Source: Candidatus Terraquivivens tengchongensis (GTDB lineage Archaea; Thermoproteota; Nitrososphaeria_A; Caldarchaeales; Wolframiiraptoraceae). From it: a stretch of DNA of 56,426 nucleotides. This document shows, in pieces, positions 38,229 to 48,373 of this stretch. The position numbers were made by a program, and so were the translations under genes. The stretch's first letter is position 1. Each line of letters starts with the position of its first letter. The DNA lies in NCBI GenBank assembly GCA_023261845.1, contig JALNJZ010000009.1:1-56426 (forward strand), written 5' to 3'. The notes under the pieces were generated by a model. The model was given only the letters and a program-made list of their open reading frames with translations. It had not been told where the DNA came from and ran no database searches.

Positions 38229-40979
38229 CTACTCTTGAATGATTTTTTCCACAGTTTTCAGTAGCTCGTGCACCCTTTCCGAGTAGGGTGCTCCGCCCTG
38301 CCCCATGTCCGGTCTTCCTCCGCCCCTCCCTCCGAGTGCCGACGAAACCCTCGACGCAATTTGGCCCGCATTTATTCCCACCTTTATGGCGACTTCGTTC
38401 ACCATCGTTAAGACCCTAATGGATTCTGTTCCAGCTAAGAGTATAGCCACAGCAGGTCCGGAGCTTTTATTGAGCGCTTCGACTGCCAGCGATATCAGAT
38501 AATCCACGTCATCTATCTCCTCGTAACTTTTGATCACGGATATTCCATTGACAACCTCAGCATTAGACACGAGCTCAACCGCCCTCTTCTTCGCATAGAG
38601 CTCCATGGTTTTCTTGGCAGTCTTTCTAACATTCCTCAACTCCGTCAATAGCTCCTCGACCTTCTTGTGCAAATCCGAAGCGGGCACGCCTAGAACCTCT
38701 GCAACCTTTCGTACAGTTCTCTCCTGCTCCTGTATGTACGGCAGGGCTGAAGGTCCTGCCGCGAAGATAAGGCGCTCTACACCGTCCTGTATCCTTTCAG
38801 TCTTTATTATCTTTATGAGGCCCACGTCTTCCGTGTTTGTGCAGTGTAGGCCGCCGCATGCTTGTGCATCCCAATTAGGGATCTCAACGACCCTTATCAC
38901 CGCGGAAGGAACCTCGCCCCCTTGATAAAGACGGAAGCCGTATAGTCTTTCGGCCTCGTTCCTGTCCATCATACGGACATTGATAGGGATTCTCTTCTGG
39001 ACTATCTCGTTTGCCAGAGATTCAATCCTTTCAACTTCGTCTGCAGTCAGCCTCTTGTGGTGGGATATGTCGAGCCTTGCCTTGTCCGGCTCTTTTTTGG
39101 CACCAGCCTGCCATACATGCTTTCCCAGAACCTGCCTCGCGGCGCTCAGCAGTATGTGCGTTGCCGTATGGTGCCTCATTATCTTCAACCTTCTTTCTAT
39201 ATCAACCTCGCCGACTACGTGCTCACCCTCAGCCAGCTTCGCTCCCGAAACTTTGTGTACGATGACGCCGTTCACGAGTTGCGTGTCAACAACCTTGCAC
39301 TCGCCAGTGCTGAAGCGGAGAATGCCGGTATCGCCAACCTGGCCGCCGCTCTCGGCGTAGAATAGTGTTCTATCTAGGATAACGTAGTCGCCAGAGACCC
39401 GTAAAACTTTCGCCTCGAACCTCGCCTCGAACGGAAAATCGTAGAAGAGCTTAATCGTCGGGTTCAAACCCTGGGTTATTGTTTCTAAACCTTTCTCTAT
39501 ACCGACAACGGTCGGCGCTTCCTGAAGATGCCTGGATGCAACGTACTCGTAAAAGTTTTCAGGAACTTCAACCTTAAGCTTCAGCTTCTGGGATACGTTC
39601 TCAACTATCTCTGGCGTTATGCCCCTTTCATCGTAAACTTTCACGAGAAACTCTAACGGGACAACGTCTGAGCGCTTTTTTAAGCTCGCTAGTTCCCTCT
39701 CGACGTACGCCGTCCCCTTTTCTATCGTCTCCTCAAACTTCGAAACCTCAGTCATTACTATGTCCAGCACTTCGTCACGCATCTCCGACAGATGAGGGAA
39801 GTCTGCTGACCAGTATTCGATCTGCATATTGATCAGGTCCAGCAGCTTGTCCTTGTGACCTATCGCCTGAAGGACCCTGTATGCCTTCCTGATCAGTAGT
39901 CTTGCCAAGTATCCCGATTTAACGTTCGAGGGCACTATACCTTCGGATAGTATGAAGGAGATAGATTTTGTGTAGTCGAGCGAGGCGAAGAACCTCTCCA
40001 ACGGTACTATCAGTTTCTCTATTGTCTCGATCGGTATGCCCGAGAGCTTAGAGATCTTTCTCCGAACCTCGGCTATGCTCGTTCCTTCCTTTGGCGTTAC
40101 GATAGCAGTGTAAGGCGAGTAAGCATCGAGTATGTTCTCATCAGGTTCTTCGACGCCGAGCATGTTCATTATCTTCTTGTAAAGCTCGCCATAAATCACC
40201 TTGAAGGAGCTATGCGTTCCTTGGCTAAACCACGCATACCTTTCGATGCCATAACCAGTGTCCACAGTCTTTATCGGAATCTCGACAAGTTCGTTGTCTA
40301 TCGTCTTGTAATGCATAAACACGAGCGTCGCCAGCTCCAACCCCTCTGAAATGGTCTCGAAGCAGGGGCCCGCGTTTCCGCCACCATACCATGCTGATTC
40401 CTTGTAAGTTATGCTCTCCGGCTTTATGCCGAGTTCTTTTGTCGCAAACTCGTGGTGATACTCGACCGTCGTATCCTTCCAGTAAACTTCCTTATCGGGG
40501 TAGTTGAAGGCATGCGCTCCACCCATCTCAAATATCGTTAGGTGCCTGCCGAACGTAAGTCCGACCTTATCTATGTCGACGAGCCTTATGCACGGTTGGC
40601 TCACGACGAGAGGGTTAGCAGGCGGCGGTGCTATGCCCGAGGTGACCCATGGTTGGAAATCCACGATGCTCGCTGAGACGAGGTATAAATCGGTCCTCCA
40701 CCTAGGCACGACTGGATAGGGCTTTACGATCTTGTGGCCCTTTCTCTCGAAAAACCTCAGGAATTTTTCACGTGCGTCCCTTAACGTTAGTCTCTCTTTA
40801 GTCAGTCTTTTCCCTATGAAGGTATAGGGCACGCACGGCGATTCTCCACAGACATCCCTATTCGCGTCGAGTGTCCAAAAGTATTCTCCACATACAGGAC
40901 ATTTCTTCCTAACGAAACCGTTATACAGAAAAAATTCTAGTCGATACGCCTCCGGCGAAAACCTCATGAAGTTTAGCAC
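38229..40979 (-). CDS. alaS: alanyl-tRNA synthetase
   Basis: ASIVDFQP, HLTIFEM, VDTGYGIER, FYAESGGQ, HTATH, CGGLH, GGRGGG. Confidence 0.98.
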   Translation of the reverse strand: MLNFMRFSPEAYRLEFFLYNGFVRKKCPVCGEYFWTLDANRDVCGESPCVPYTFIGKRLTKERLTLRDAREKFLRFFERKGHKIVKPYPVVPRWRTDLYLVSASIVDFQPWVTSGIAPPPANPLVVSQPCIRLVDIDKVGLTFGRHLTIFEMGGAHAFNYPDKEVYWKDTTVEYHHEFATKELGIKPESITYKESAWYGGGNAGPCFETISEGLELATLVFMHYKTIDNELVEIPIKTVDTGYGIERYAWFSQGTHSSFKVIYGELYKKIMNMLGVEEPDENILDAYSPYTAIVTPKEGTSIAEVRRKISKLSGIPIETIEKLIVPLERFFASLDYTKSISFILSEGIVPSNVKSGYLARLLIRKAYRVLQAIGHKDKLLDLINMQIEYWSADFPHLSEMRDEVLDIVMTEVSKFEETIEKGTAYVERELASLKKRSDVVPLEFLVKVYDERGITPEIVENVSQKLKLKVEVPENFYEYVASRHLQEAPTVVGIEKGLETITQGLNPTIKLFYDFPFEARFEAKVLRVSGDYVILDRTLFYAESGGQVGDTGILRFSTGECKVVDTQLVNGVIVHKVSGAKLAEGEHVVGEVDIERRLKIMRHHTATHILLSAARQVLGKHVWQAGAKKEPDKARLDISHHKRLTADEVERIESLANEIVQKRIPINVRMMDRNEAERLYGFRLYQGGEVPSAVIRVVEIPNWDAQACGGLHCTNTEDVGLIKIIKTERIQDGVERLIFAAGPSALPYIQEQERTVRKVAEVLGVPASDLHKKVEELLTELRNVRKTAKKTMELYAKKRAVELVSNAEVVNGISVIKSYEEIDDVDYLISLAVEALNKSSGPAVAILLAGTESIRVLTMVNEVAIKVGINAGQIASRVSSALGGRGGGRPDMGQGGAPYSERVHELLKTVEKIIQE

Positions 40980-40991
40980 CCTTCAAGGGTT

Positions 40992-41309
40992 TCAGCCGAA
41001 GAGCGCGCTCAGGCCAGCCAGTGCCTCCTCTTCTTCCTTCTTCTTCGCTTCCTCCTTCTTTTCCTCTTTTGGCTTAGCCTCTGGCTGGGCTGATGCAGCA
41101 GGAGCAGCGGTAGCCGTCGCTACGAAAGGTGCTGCCGCGGCGCTCTTCAAGACTTCATCTATGTTTATCTCCGAGAGAGCCGCCACGAGGGCTTTCACCC
41201 TGCCATCGTCTGGTTGTATGCCTGCCGCAGACAGGATGCTCTTTATTCCCTCTTCGTTCACGGGCTTTCCTGCCTTATGAAGGAGGAGAGCAGCGTATAT
41301 GTACTCCAT
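40992..41309 (-). CDS. rpl12: 50S ribosomal stalk protein P1 (L12)
   Basis: [11 protein letters not shown] ... [13 protein letters not shown]. Confidence 0.98.
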   Translation of the reverse strand: MEYIYAALLLHKAGKPVNEEGIKSILSAAGIQPDDGRVKALVAALSEINIDEVLKSAAAAPFVATATAAPAASAQPEAKPKEEKKEEAKKKEEEEALAGLSALFG

Positions 41310-41427
41310 ATCTTCCTAACCCACCTGAAACCTCTAAAAAGGGCTGGCTCTTAAACCTTTATCGTTTTAGGGAACTGCCCTTGATGAGCTAACGTTTCCA
41401 GCAAACAGGATATCGCTCTCCAAAAGG

Positions 41428-41477
41428 AATTAGTTCAGCACCTGCGGAAATTTTTTCTCGTGCATGCTGAACTAATT
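41428..41477. repeat. palindromic element, copy 2 (13-bp inverted repeats AATTAGTTCAGCA, 24-bp spacer)
   Basis: Arms at 41428-41440 and 41465-41477, identical to copy 1; spacer shares GAAATTTTTTC. Confidence 0.9.
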
Positions 41478-41578
41478 TCGGTATAAAACTGGGATGCCGC
41501 CTACTGTATCACTTAAAAAGGAAAGCACCCACTCGGCACCCTAAGTTTAAATTTTTCTGTTAAGCTCGTATTTTTAGT

Positions 41579-41691
41579 AGCCCGGTCGTCTAGCGGCCAA
41601 ACGCTGGTCAGATGGGCTAGGGATCGCGGGCTTTGGATCCGCCGCGCGGAGAAGAACCCCGCGGACGCCGGTTCGAATCCGGCCCGGGCTA
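41579..41691 (+). tRNA. tRNA-Gln (TTG) with two introns (41601-41620 at 21/22; 41637-41656 at 37/38)
   Basis: Spliced product AGCCCGGTCGTCTAGCGGCCAAGGATCGCGGGCTTTGGCCCCGCGGACGCCGGTTCGAATCCGGCCCGGGCTA folds as a cloverleaf; BHB motifs at the junctions. Confidence 0.93.
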
Positions 41692-41985
41692 CTACCTTTC
41701 TTCCTTTCTGTTGACCTCTTCGTTTATCCTTTCAGCCATTACGTGGTTCCTGCAGAAGACGAGTACCTTTTTTACGCCCTCGACCTTCAAGGATATGGTC
41801 TTCAGCGCCATGGCGTAGCTGTATGCCATGGGACTGTAGGGGCTGCTTGGCACGAACTCTATCTGTATGACTCCCTCTTCAACTTCCTTAACGCTGAGCA
41901 TCGCTTGGCTTTCAACTATGCTCAAGCCCGTGGCCGGGTCCCTGAAGCTGCGTAGCTTCTCTCTGACCTTTTCTGCGAGCGACAA
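41692..41985 (-). CDS. DUF59/MIP18 Fe-S assembly-like protein
   Basis: RDPATGLSIV, FVPSSPYSP, VEGVKKV. Confidence 0.8.
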   Translation of the reverse strand: MSLAEKVREKLRSFRDPATGLSIVESQAMLSVKEVEEGVIQIEFVPSSPYSPMAYSYAMALKTISLKVEGVKKVLVFCRNHVMAERINEEVNRKEER

Positions 41986-42027
41986 GATACAACATCTGTC
42001 CGGGAACGGCCAAATAAATGTTTCAGC

Positions 42028-42252
42028 TTAAGGTGCCGGTCTGAACAGGAACAGGAGCAGTAATGCGACTATCATGACCACGTAGATTATCAGCACCATC
42101 CTCCTGCTCTTCTTCTCCTTCTCCCTGCTAAGCTCGAGCTTTTCTTTACAATCCGGAGAGCATGTCTGTTCATCAGGCGGGATCGCTTTACCACATATAA
42201 CGCAGTGGCGGTGGTCAACTATCTTCGGTTTCTCTTTCTTTTGTTGACTCAA
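42028..42252 (-). CDS. DUF2116 Zn-ribbon membrane protein
   Basis: HRHCVICGKAIP....CSPDC plus C-terminal TM. Confidence 0.88.
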   Translation of the reverse strand: MSQQKKEKPKIVDHRHCVICGKAIPPDEQTCSPDCKEKLELSREKEKKSRRMVLIIYVVMIVALLLLFLFRPAP

Positions 42253-42415
42253 TCAACTGCACCATCGCATTTTTACACGTGTTTTGTTTTAAGTACTTTT
42301 GCTTTTATACCTCTCCTCCAAATATACGTTACCACGCTCATGGTATCCCAAGAGCAGAATATATGAACGTTTCGTCCATTAGCGGTTATATTCTAGACGG
42401 GCACCGTCAGATTTG

Positions 42416-43111
42416 ATGGAGGTAATCAGGGTCGGCACATCGGGCTACACTTACTACTGGAACGAGGGCCGACCCACACCTTTCGAGTGGTATGTCAGCC
42501 AAGGTTTCAAGACGGTCGAGATAAACGCCTCGTTCTACAGGTTTCCGAGCAAGTATTGGACGGTCGCATGGCTCAAGGCGCCTAAGGACTTCGACTTCAG
42601 CATAAAAGTCCACAGGTCCATCACGCATAGAAGTAGGCTGGGAGAGGCTGCGGTGCAGCTATGGCCAAAGTTTGTGAAACCCCTTGAGAACCTTCTCGAT
42701 AAGATAACCTTCTTCCTATTCCAGATGCCCCCGAGCTTTGCTGCTAGCCAGGCGAACCTTGAGAGGTTAGTCCAGTTCTTCAGAAGGATAGAGCTACCGT
42801 GCATCGCCGCCGTCGAGTTTAGGCATGAATCTTGGTGGAAGAAGGTAGGTGAGGTTGAGTCCTTTGGCCTCGTGTTCTGCTCGGTTGATTCGCCGGACTT
42901 ACCGAGAGATGTGCTTGCTACAAACGACGTAGTTTACTTGAGGCTACATGGAAGGGAAACTTGGTACGCGTATGTGTACACAGAGCCAGAATTGGTGGAG
43001 ATTGTAAAAAAGCTCAAAGAATTAAGAGCATCAAAGAAGTACGTGTACCTGAACAACGACCATGGTATGCTACCTAACGGTAAGCTCCTCATGAAGTTGC
43101 TGGGATGTTAA
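42416..43111 (+). CDS. DUF72 family protein
   Basis: VGTSG, VEINASFY, FQMPPSF, VEFRH, YLRLHG, YLNND. Confidence 0.92.
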   Translation: MEVIRVGTSGYTYYWNEGRPTPFEWYVSQGFKTVEINASFYRFPSKYWTVAWLKAPKDFDFSIKVHRSITHRSRLGEAAVQLWPKFVKPLENLLDKITFFLFQMPPSFAASQANLERLVQFFRRIELPCIAAVEFRHESWWKKVGEVESFGLVFCSVDSPDLPRDVLATNDVVYLRLHGRETWYAYVYTEPELVEIVKKLKELRASKKYVYLNNDHGMLPNGKLLMKLLGC

Positions 43112-43634
43112 AAACGACCCTCTCATAACATCCTATGTTGTCTCCAGCCCTTGCCCAAAGTATCAACACGTTCTCCGCTACCAAGTCCTTCTCCGTCCTC
43201 ACGTCCACATCAATTATTTTGGCACCAAGCGGAAAAACCCAATAAACCTCGTAATCGTATTCTGTAACCTCCTCCTCGTAAAAACACTCATAGACGTTCG
43301 TGCCCGCCTTGAGGTTTGTCTTGAACTGAATGAAGAACGTTATACATGGCAGGTTTTCAGAGCCCCTGAAATCTAATGTGGCGGTCAGGACTTCAGGTCT
43401 GCAATTTTCGCCGTTGACCTTTACAACCTCGTCATCAAGCAGGGACTGCATGTTCCAGATAAGCCTACTCATCTCCATGTAATATCGTTCCTCGTCCTTA
43501 AGCAAGGAATGGTAGAAGCCAGCTGGGTCATGGTAGTCGAAGCTGAGTATTTGGTTAAACACACCGTCCGTTGATACAAGCATGAATTCATGCGCATGCA
43601 ACGGCTTCACGGCTTCCGAAGCATGCTCTTCCAT
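43089..43634 (-). CDS. conserved hypothetical protein
   Basis: 181-aa acidic ORF filling the space between two genes. Confidence 0.7.
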   Translation of the reverse strand: MEEHASEAVKPLHAHEFMLVSTDGVFNQILSFDYHDPAGFYHSLLKDEERYYMEMSRLIWNMQSLLDDEVVKVNGENCRPEVLTATLDFRGSENLPCITFFIQFKTNLKAGTNVYECFYEEEVTEYDYEVYWVFPLGAKIIDVDVRTEKDLVAENVLILWARAGDNIGCYERVVFNIPATS

Positions 43635-43727
43635 CCTAAACCCCTTCTAGTGTCAAATGCTTAGGGTAGTTAAGGATTTAAGAGGAACCTGTTTTTCTAA
43701 AAGACTAGGCCTATCGGTGGTGGTGAT

Positions 43728-45767
43728 ATGTTCTGGCTCTTACCAGTATCGGCCTCCATCATATCGCTCTGCGCGGCCTTGGCTTTTACTGCATGGATAC
43801 TTAAACAGAGTCCGGGAAACGAGACTATGCGTAATATATCAAGCGCGGTTAAGACTGGGGCCCTTGCATTCATTAAAAGAGAGTACACGACGATTCTACC
43901 GATTGCGATAGCCTTAGCGGTCGTTATAGGTTTTGCAGCAGGATACACAAATGCCATAGCGTTCGCTGTCGGAGCAGCGCTATCTGCGGTAGCCGGAGTG
44001 ATCGCGATACTGACGACGGTCAGTGCGGCACCGAGGGCAGCAAACGCAACCGAAAAGGGCCTTGGCTACACACTTTCCGTTGCTTACAGGGGAGGTGCTG
44101 TGGCCGGCTTAACAATAACGGCGGCAGCCCTCATAGCCGTTACGGTGCTCTATACGCTCTATCCGAACCCGATAGCGATAGCAGGTGTTGGTGTCGGTGC
44201 CAGCTTGATAGCGCTTTTCATAAGAATTGGTGGTGGAATCTACACAAAAGCAGCGGACTTGGGCGCTGACTTGGTCGGGAAGGTGGAAGCGGGAATACCA
44301 GAAGACGATCCCAGAAACCCGGCCGTGATAGCAGACAACGTTGGCGACAACATAGGCGACGCGGCCGGTATGGGAAGCGACATCTACGAATCGTATATTG
44401 TGACGATGCTGGCGGCGATGCTTTTGGGCTCGCTCATAGGCAGTGTAGAACTCGTCATGTTTCCGCTAATGATAGGAGCGGCCGGCCTCTTTGCATCGCT
44501 GATCGGTACCTTGACTGTCACGTCGAGGAACGTCACGTCTCCCATGAGACCTTTGACGCTATCCTTCACGGTCGCCGCTCTGATAACAGTTATCCTAAAC
44601 TTCTTCATTTCGACATCCACATTCGGCTGGAACGAGACAGCGTACGTCCTCTTCGTATCCACGTTACTTGGTGCTATAATAGTTCCCATAATACAGAAGA
44701 TAACCGACTACTACACCAGCTACAACTACAGGCCGGTCCGGGATGTTGCTGAGTCGACGAAGGTAGGTCACTCAGCTAACATACTCACGGGCATAGCTAT
44801 TGGTTTGAGGTCTACGTTCCCGATGGCCATAGTAATAGTCGTATTCATGGCAATATCGTACTTCTTAACATCTACTATAACAGGTAAGCCCCTCATGGGC
44901 ATCTACTCGACCGCTATAACGACCGCCGCTATGCTGTCGCTAAGTGGCATAGTCCTGAGCATAGACAGCTTCGGACCGATCAGCGACAACGCTGGTGGCA
45001 TAGTCGAGATGAGCGGTCTTGGTGAGGATAACAGGAAGATAACTGACCAGCTCGATGCTGTTGGCAACACCACAAAAGCAACTACAAAAGGCTTCGCCAT
45101 AGCCAGCGCCGCTCTTGCAGCCATAGCCCTCATCCAAGCATTCCAGCATGAAGTCTGGACTCTTGCTTCCACTCCAGGGAACTTGTTGTACGGAAAGGAA
45201 TTCGTCTACACGCTGACGAACCCAGCCCTGATAATTGGCCTCCTCATCGGAGCTCTCTTGCCGTTCTACATCTCGAGCTACCTCTTAAGGAGCGTCAGCG
45301 TGGTTGCATCATCAATCGTCGAAGAAGTCAGGAGACAGTTCAGGGAGATTAAGGGCATACTCGATGGAAAGGCAAAACCGGACTACGCGAGGTGTATAGA
45401 CATAGCGACGAGGGAATCTCTCAGGCAGTTGTTCACACCAGCGCTCATAGTCATAGTGGCGCCGATAATAGTCGGACTCATTTTGGGTCCTGTGGCTGTT
45501 GCAGGCCTATTAACGGGCTCCGTTGTATCAGGACTCTACCTTGCGTACCATATGGCCAACTCAGGCGCAGCCTGGGATAACGCCAAGAAGTATTTAGAGG
45601 TTCTTGGTCTAAAGAAAACGCCCCAACACGCTGTTGCGGTCGCTGGAGACCTAGTTGGCGACCCATACAAGGATACTGCTGGTCCTGCGTTAAACACCGT
45701 GATAAAGCTACTCAACACGGTCTCGATAGTCTTCGTCCCAATATTCGTAGGTCTTCTCGTACTCTGA
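43728..45767 (+). CDS. hppA: membrane-bound pyrophosphatase, predicted K+-independent H+ pump
   Basis: GGGIYTKAADLGADLVGKVE, EDDPRNP, DNVGDN, GNTTKA (Lys determinant), GDPYKDT. Confidence 0.96.
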   Translation: MFWLLPVSASIISLCAALAFTAWILKQSPGNETMRNISSAVKTGALAFIKREYTTILPIAIALAVVIGFAAGYTNAIAFAVGAALSAVAGVIAILTTVSAAPRAANATEKGLGYTLSVAYRGGAVAGLTITAAALIAVTVLYTLYPNPIAIAGVGVGASLIALFIRIGGGIYTKAADLGADLVGKVEAGIPEDDPRNPAVIADNVGDNIGDAAGMGSDIYESYIVTMLAAMLLGSLIGSVELVMFPLMIGAAGLFASLIGTLTVTSRNVTSPMRPLTLSFTVAALITVILNFFISTSTFGWNETAYVLFVSTLLGAIIVPIIQKITDYYTSYNYRPVRDVAESTKVGHSANILTGIAIGLRSTFPMAIVIVVFMAISYFLTSTITGKPLMGIYSTAITTAAMLSLSGIVLSIDSFGPISDNAGGIVEMSGLGEDNRKITDQLDAVGNTTKATTKGFAIASAALAAIALIQAFQHEVWTLASTPGNLLYGKEFVYTLTNPALIIGLLIGALLPFYISSYLLRSVSVVASSIVEEVRRQFREIKGILDGKAKPDYARCIDIATRESLRQLFTPALIVIVAPIIVGLILGPVAVAGLLTGSVVSGLYLAYHMANSGAAWDNAKKYLEVLGLKKTPQHAVAVAGDLVGDPYKDTAGPALNTVIKLLNTVSIVFVPIFVGLLVL

Positions 45768-45783
45768 GCAAACTTTACATTTT

Positions 45784-46296
45784 TTATGGGTTCGAATAAC
45801 GCGATAGCGCCTCTGTACAAAACCTCCATATCTTGTCGCCGACGTAGTGTAGGTTCACCACGACCTTCCCTCTTTCAGCCTTCATCACGTTCTCCGAACT
45901 CTCTAAAGCCTTGCCGATTGCTATCGATTTTCTGTGTCTTTCGTCTCTAATGACGACTAGCTCACCCTCATTAAACTTGCCCTCGAGCGCTACTATGCCA
46001 GGCCTCATAACATCCGCACCGTTAACGATATGCGGTACGGCTCCCATGTCAACTATCATGCTCGGTATGCTGTCGAGTACATTCTTGTTAAGAGGCTCAA
46101 CTAGGATGGGCAGTAATGCGTCGTCAACCTTTGCAAATGCCGCCAGCCCCTCTAGAATGTAAAGGGTAATTTTTTCGTTCTTTACTTCCCTGACAACGGT
46201 TTTTGGGCTTAGGTCAAGCTTCAGGTTAGGAAATTCCGAGCTGATACGTGCAACGATTTCCTGTTTTTCTCTCTTATTGAGTAACCTTACCTGCAT
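45784..46296 (-). CDS. PUA-domain RNA-binding protein (MCT-1/Tma20-like)
   Basis: VDMGAVPHIVNGADVMRPGI, HYVGDKIW. Confidence 0.92.
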   Translation of the reverse strand: MQVRLLNKREKQEIVARISSEFPNLKLDLSPKTVVREVKNEKITLYILEGLAAFAKVDDALLPILVEPLNKNVLDSIPSMIVDMGAVPHIVNGADVMRPGIVALEGKFNEGELVVIRDERHRKSIAIGKALESSENVMKAERGKVVVNLHYVGDKIWRFCTEALSRYSNP

Positions 46297-46399
46297 CCTT
46301 CGAGCTAAGGTTCACGCTCGGCTAAAACTTTTCTCTTTAGCAAGCCAAGGTATATAACTTCGCAAACTTTAGGTGCTGACGAAGGAAAGGCTGTCTTAA

Positions 46400-47440
46400 A
46401 TGACGGTAGATGTGCCCAAAGAGTTGCCGATGGTTAAGTTGGAGTATGTCGTTGCCGAGCTGGAAAGGGTTAGGGCTAAGAAGGTTTTGGTGCAGGCGCC
46501 CCAAGGCCTTAAGGGCGTTGCTCTTCAGCTGTCCGAGGAGTTAAGTCGCCGCGGCTTTGACGTTATGATATCCGGAGGTCCGTGCTGGGGTGGTTGTGAC
46601 TTGGCCCTAAACGAGGCTGCGGCAGTGTCGGCGGATGCTATAGTGCACCTTGGCCATACAAAGTTCGTGAAACAATCGACCATACCAACGATATACCTCG
46701 AGTGTAGGTACGAGCATAACGTAGACGTTGAACAGCTGGTTATGAAGTCTGTCCATCTTTTGAGGCCTGCAAAGAAGATTGGCTTGGGCATGACGCTCCA
46801 ATGGTTGAACCTGCTAGAACGCGTTAAGCAGACCCTCGAAAATCATGGTTTCTCAGTGCTTTACGGACAACATGAAAATGGGCGGCTTTACCCTTCACAG
46901 GTGATAGGGTGCGATTACACCACCATAAAGAGCGTTGAAAGTAAAGTCGAGAAGTTTCTTATAGTAGGAAGTTTTTTTCACGGGCTAGGCCTCTCCATGA
47001 TAACTGATAGATGCGTCGTGGTTGCAGATCCGGAGACTATGCATGTCGAGGACATGACCCAAATTACAAGAAAAGTACTGATGCAAAGGTATGCACAGAT
47101 ATGTGCGTTCAGGAATTCAAGAAGGGTCGGCGTCATACTTTGCACAAAACCTGGGCAGAAAAGGGAGGGCCTAGCAGCATCCATCGTCTCTGCTTTAAGG
47201 AAGGCTGGGAAGGATGCATACGTGCTTGTTTTGAACGAAGTGGACGAGAGGTTTTTGCCGGATGAAGTCTTCGACGCTTACGTGAATACGGCATGTCCGC
47301 GCATTAGCATAGATGACCATGCTAAGTTCAAGAAACCGATTCTGTTACCGAGCGAGCTTATGGTTGCCTTAAACTTAAGTTCATGGGAAGAACTCATCTA
47401 TAGTTACGAGTATTTCAGGTGGTGTATGCGAAATGATTGA
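46400..47440 (+). CDS. dph2: diphthamide biosynthesis enzyme Dph2
   Basis: QAPQGL, CWGGCD, HLGH, QVIGC, KPGQ, NTACPR. Confidence 0.94.
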   Translation: MTVDVPKELPMVKLEYVVAELERVRAKKVLVQAPQGLKGVALQLSEELSRRGFDVMISGGPCWGGCDLALNEAAAVSADAIVHLGHTKFVKQSTIPTIYLECRYEHNVDVEQLVMKSVHLLRPAKKIGLGMTLQWLNLLERVKQTLENHGFSVLYGQHENGRLYPSQVIGCDYTTIKSVESKVEKFLIVGSFFHGLGLSMITDRCVVVADPETMHVEDMTQITRKVLMQRYAQICAFRNSRRVGVILCTKPGQKREGLAASIVSALRKAGKDAYVLVLNEVDERFLPDEVFDAYVNTACPRISIDDHAKFKKPILLPSELMVALNLSSWEELIYSYEYFRWCMRND

Positions 47441-48026
47441 GGAAAAACAGCAGATAGCATTACCGGGTGAGAAGTTGTGCGTATTGGAGGAATTTTTATC
47501 TGGTAAAGGAACGAAAGTTTCAGCAGACGGTGTAGTATTCGCAACAGTGGTCGGTAGGGTCAAATTCGATAGGAAGAAGCGTGAGGTTCAGGTAGAGGCC
47601 ATAAAGGAACCTGATAACATAGCGGTCGGTGACGTCGTCCTGGGCGAGATAAAGGAGCTCCAGAGCAAGTCTGCCGTAATCAAAATTATAGGCAAGAACG
47701 GTAGGCTTCTAAAACACCACCGCACCGCGGTCCTTTTGACAAAACTGGGAAGCAAAGAATCCTTGGGACATCATGTGAGCGTAGGTGATATAATACTCGC
47801 CAAAGTAACCAGCATAATCTCGGGACTAATCAATGTTTCTATATGGGAACCAGGTTTTGGTGTGCTCCAGGCGATATGTGACAATTGCGGGGCAACAATG
47901 ACGAGCGTCAAAAAGGATAAGTATAACGTGTACTGTCCAAAATGCAGAAAGTTCGATACGAGAAAAATGATTATCCAACGTGGGAGTGAAAAAAGTTTGT
48001 CTAATTGGTTGGGGTTGGCAACATGA
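47433..48026 (+). CDS. csl4: exosome subunit Csl4
   Basis: LPGEKL..EEF, VGDIILAKV, C-terminal Zn ribbon; precedes rpoL. Confidence 0.9.
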   Translation: MIEEKQQIALPGEKLCVLEEFLSGKGTKVSADGVVFATVVGRVKFDRKKREVQVEAIKEPDNIAVGDVVLGEIKELQSKSAVIKIIGKNGRLLKHHRTAVLLTKLGSKESLGHHVSVGDIILAKVTSIISGLINVSIWEPGFGVLQAICDNCGATMTSVKKDKYNVYCPKCRKFDTRKMIIQRGSEKSLSNWLGLAT

Positions 48027-48298
48027 AGCTGAGCGTGATTAAAGAAAGGGATGATTACATTGAACTTATAGTTAAAGACGAAGACCAATCAGTATTGGAT
48101 GCATTAAGCGAAATCCTTCAAAAAATGCAGGGTGTGGAATATGCCGGTCAAGTTTTACTTCATCCATTAACGGGCGAAATAAGGTTCATAGTTAAGACAA
48201 AGTCTCAAGAATTAAAGGTGAGAGATGCCATATTGAAGGCTTTGGAAGAACTTGCGGATATGACGGAGAGGTTAAGGCTGTATGTTGAGGGACTTTAA
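48023..48298 (+). CDS. rpoL: RNA polymerase subunit Rpo11
   Basis: ELIVKDED, VEYAG..HPL, conserved gene order. Confidence 0.9.
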   Translation: MKLSVIKERDDYIELIVKDEDQSVLDALSEILQKMQGVEYAGQVLLHPLTGEIRFIVKTKSQELKVRDAILKALEELADMTERLRLYVEGL

Positions 48299-48373
48299 AG
48301 GCTTTCAGAAAATTAATAAAAGAGTGCCTCGCATGGATGTGTGCCTAACGGCGCGCAGTTGCAAAGGTGGTTA

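Noticed and set aside
41633-41818. 61-aa ORF on the + strand
   Set aside because: Overlaps tRNA-Gln and is antisense to the DUF59 gene.
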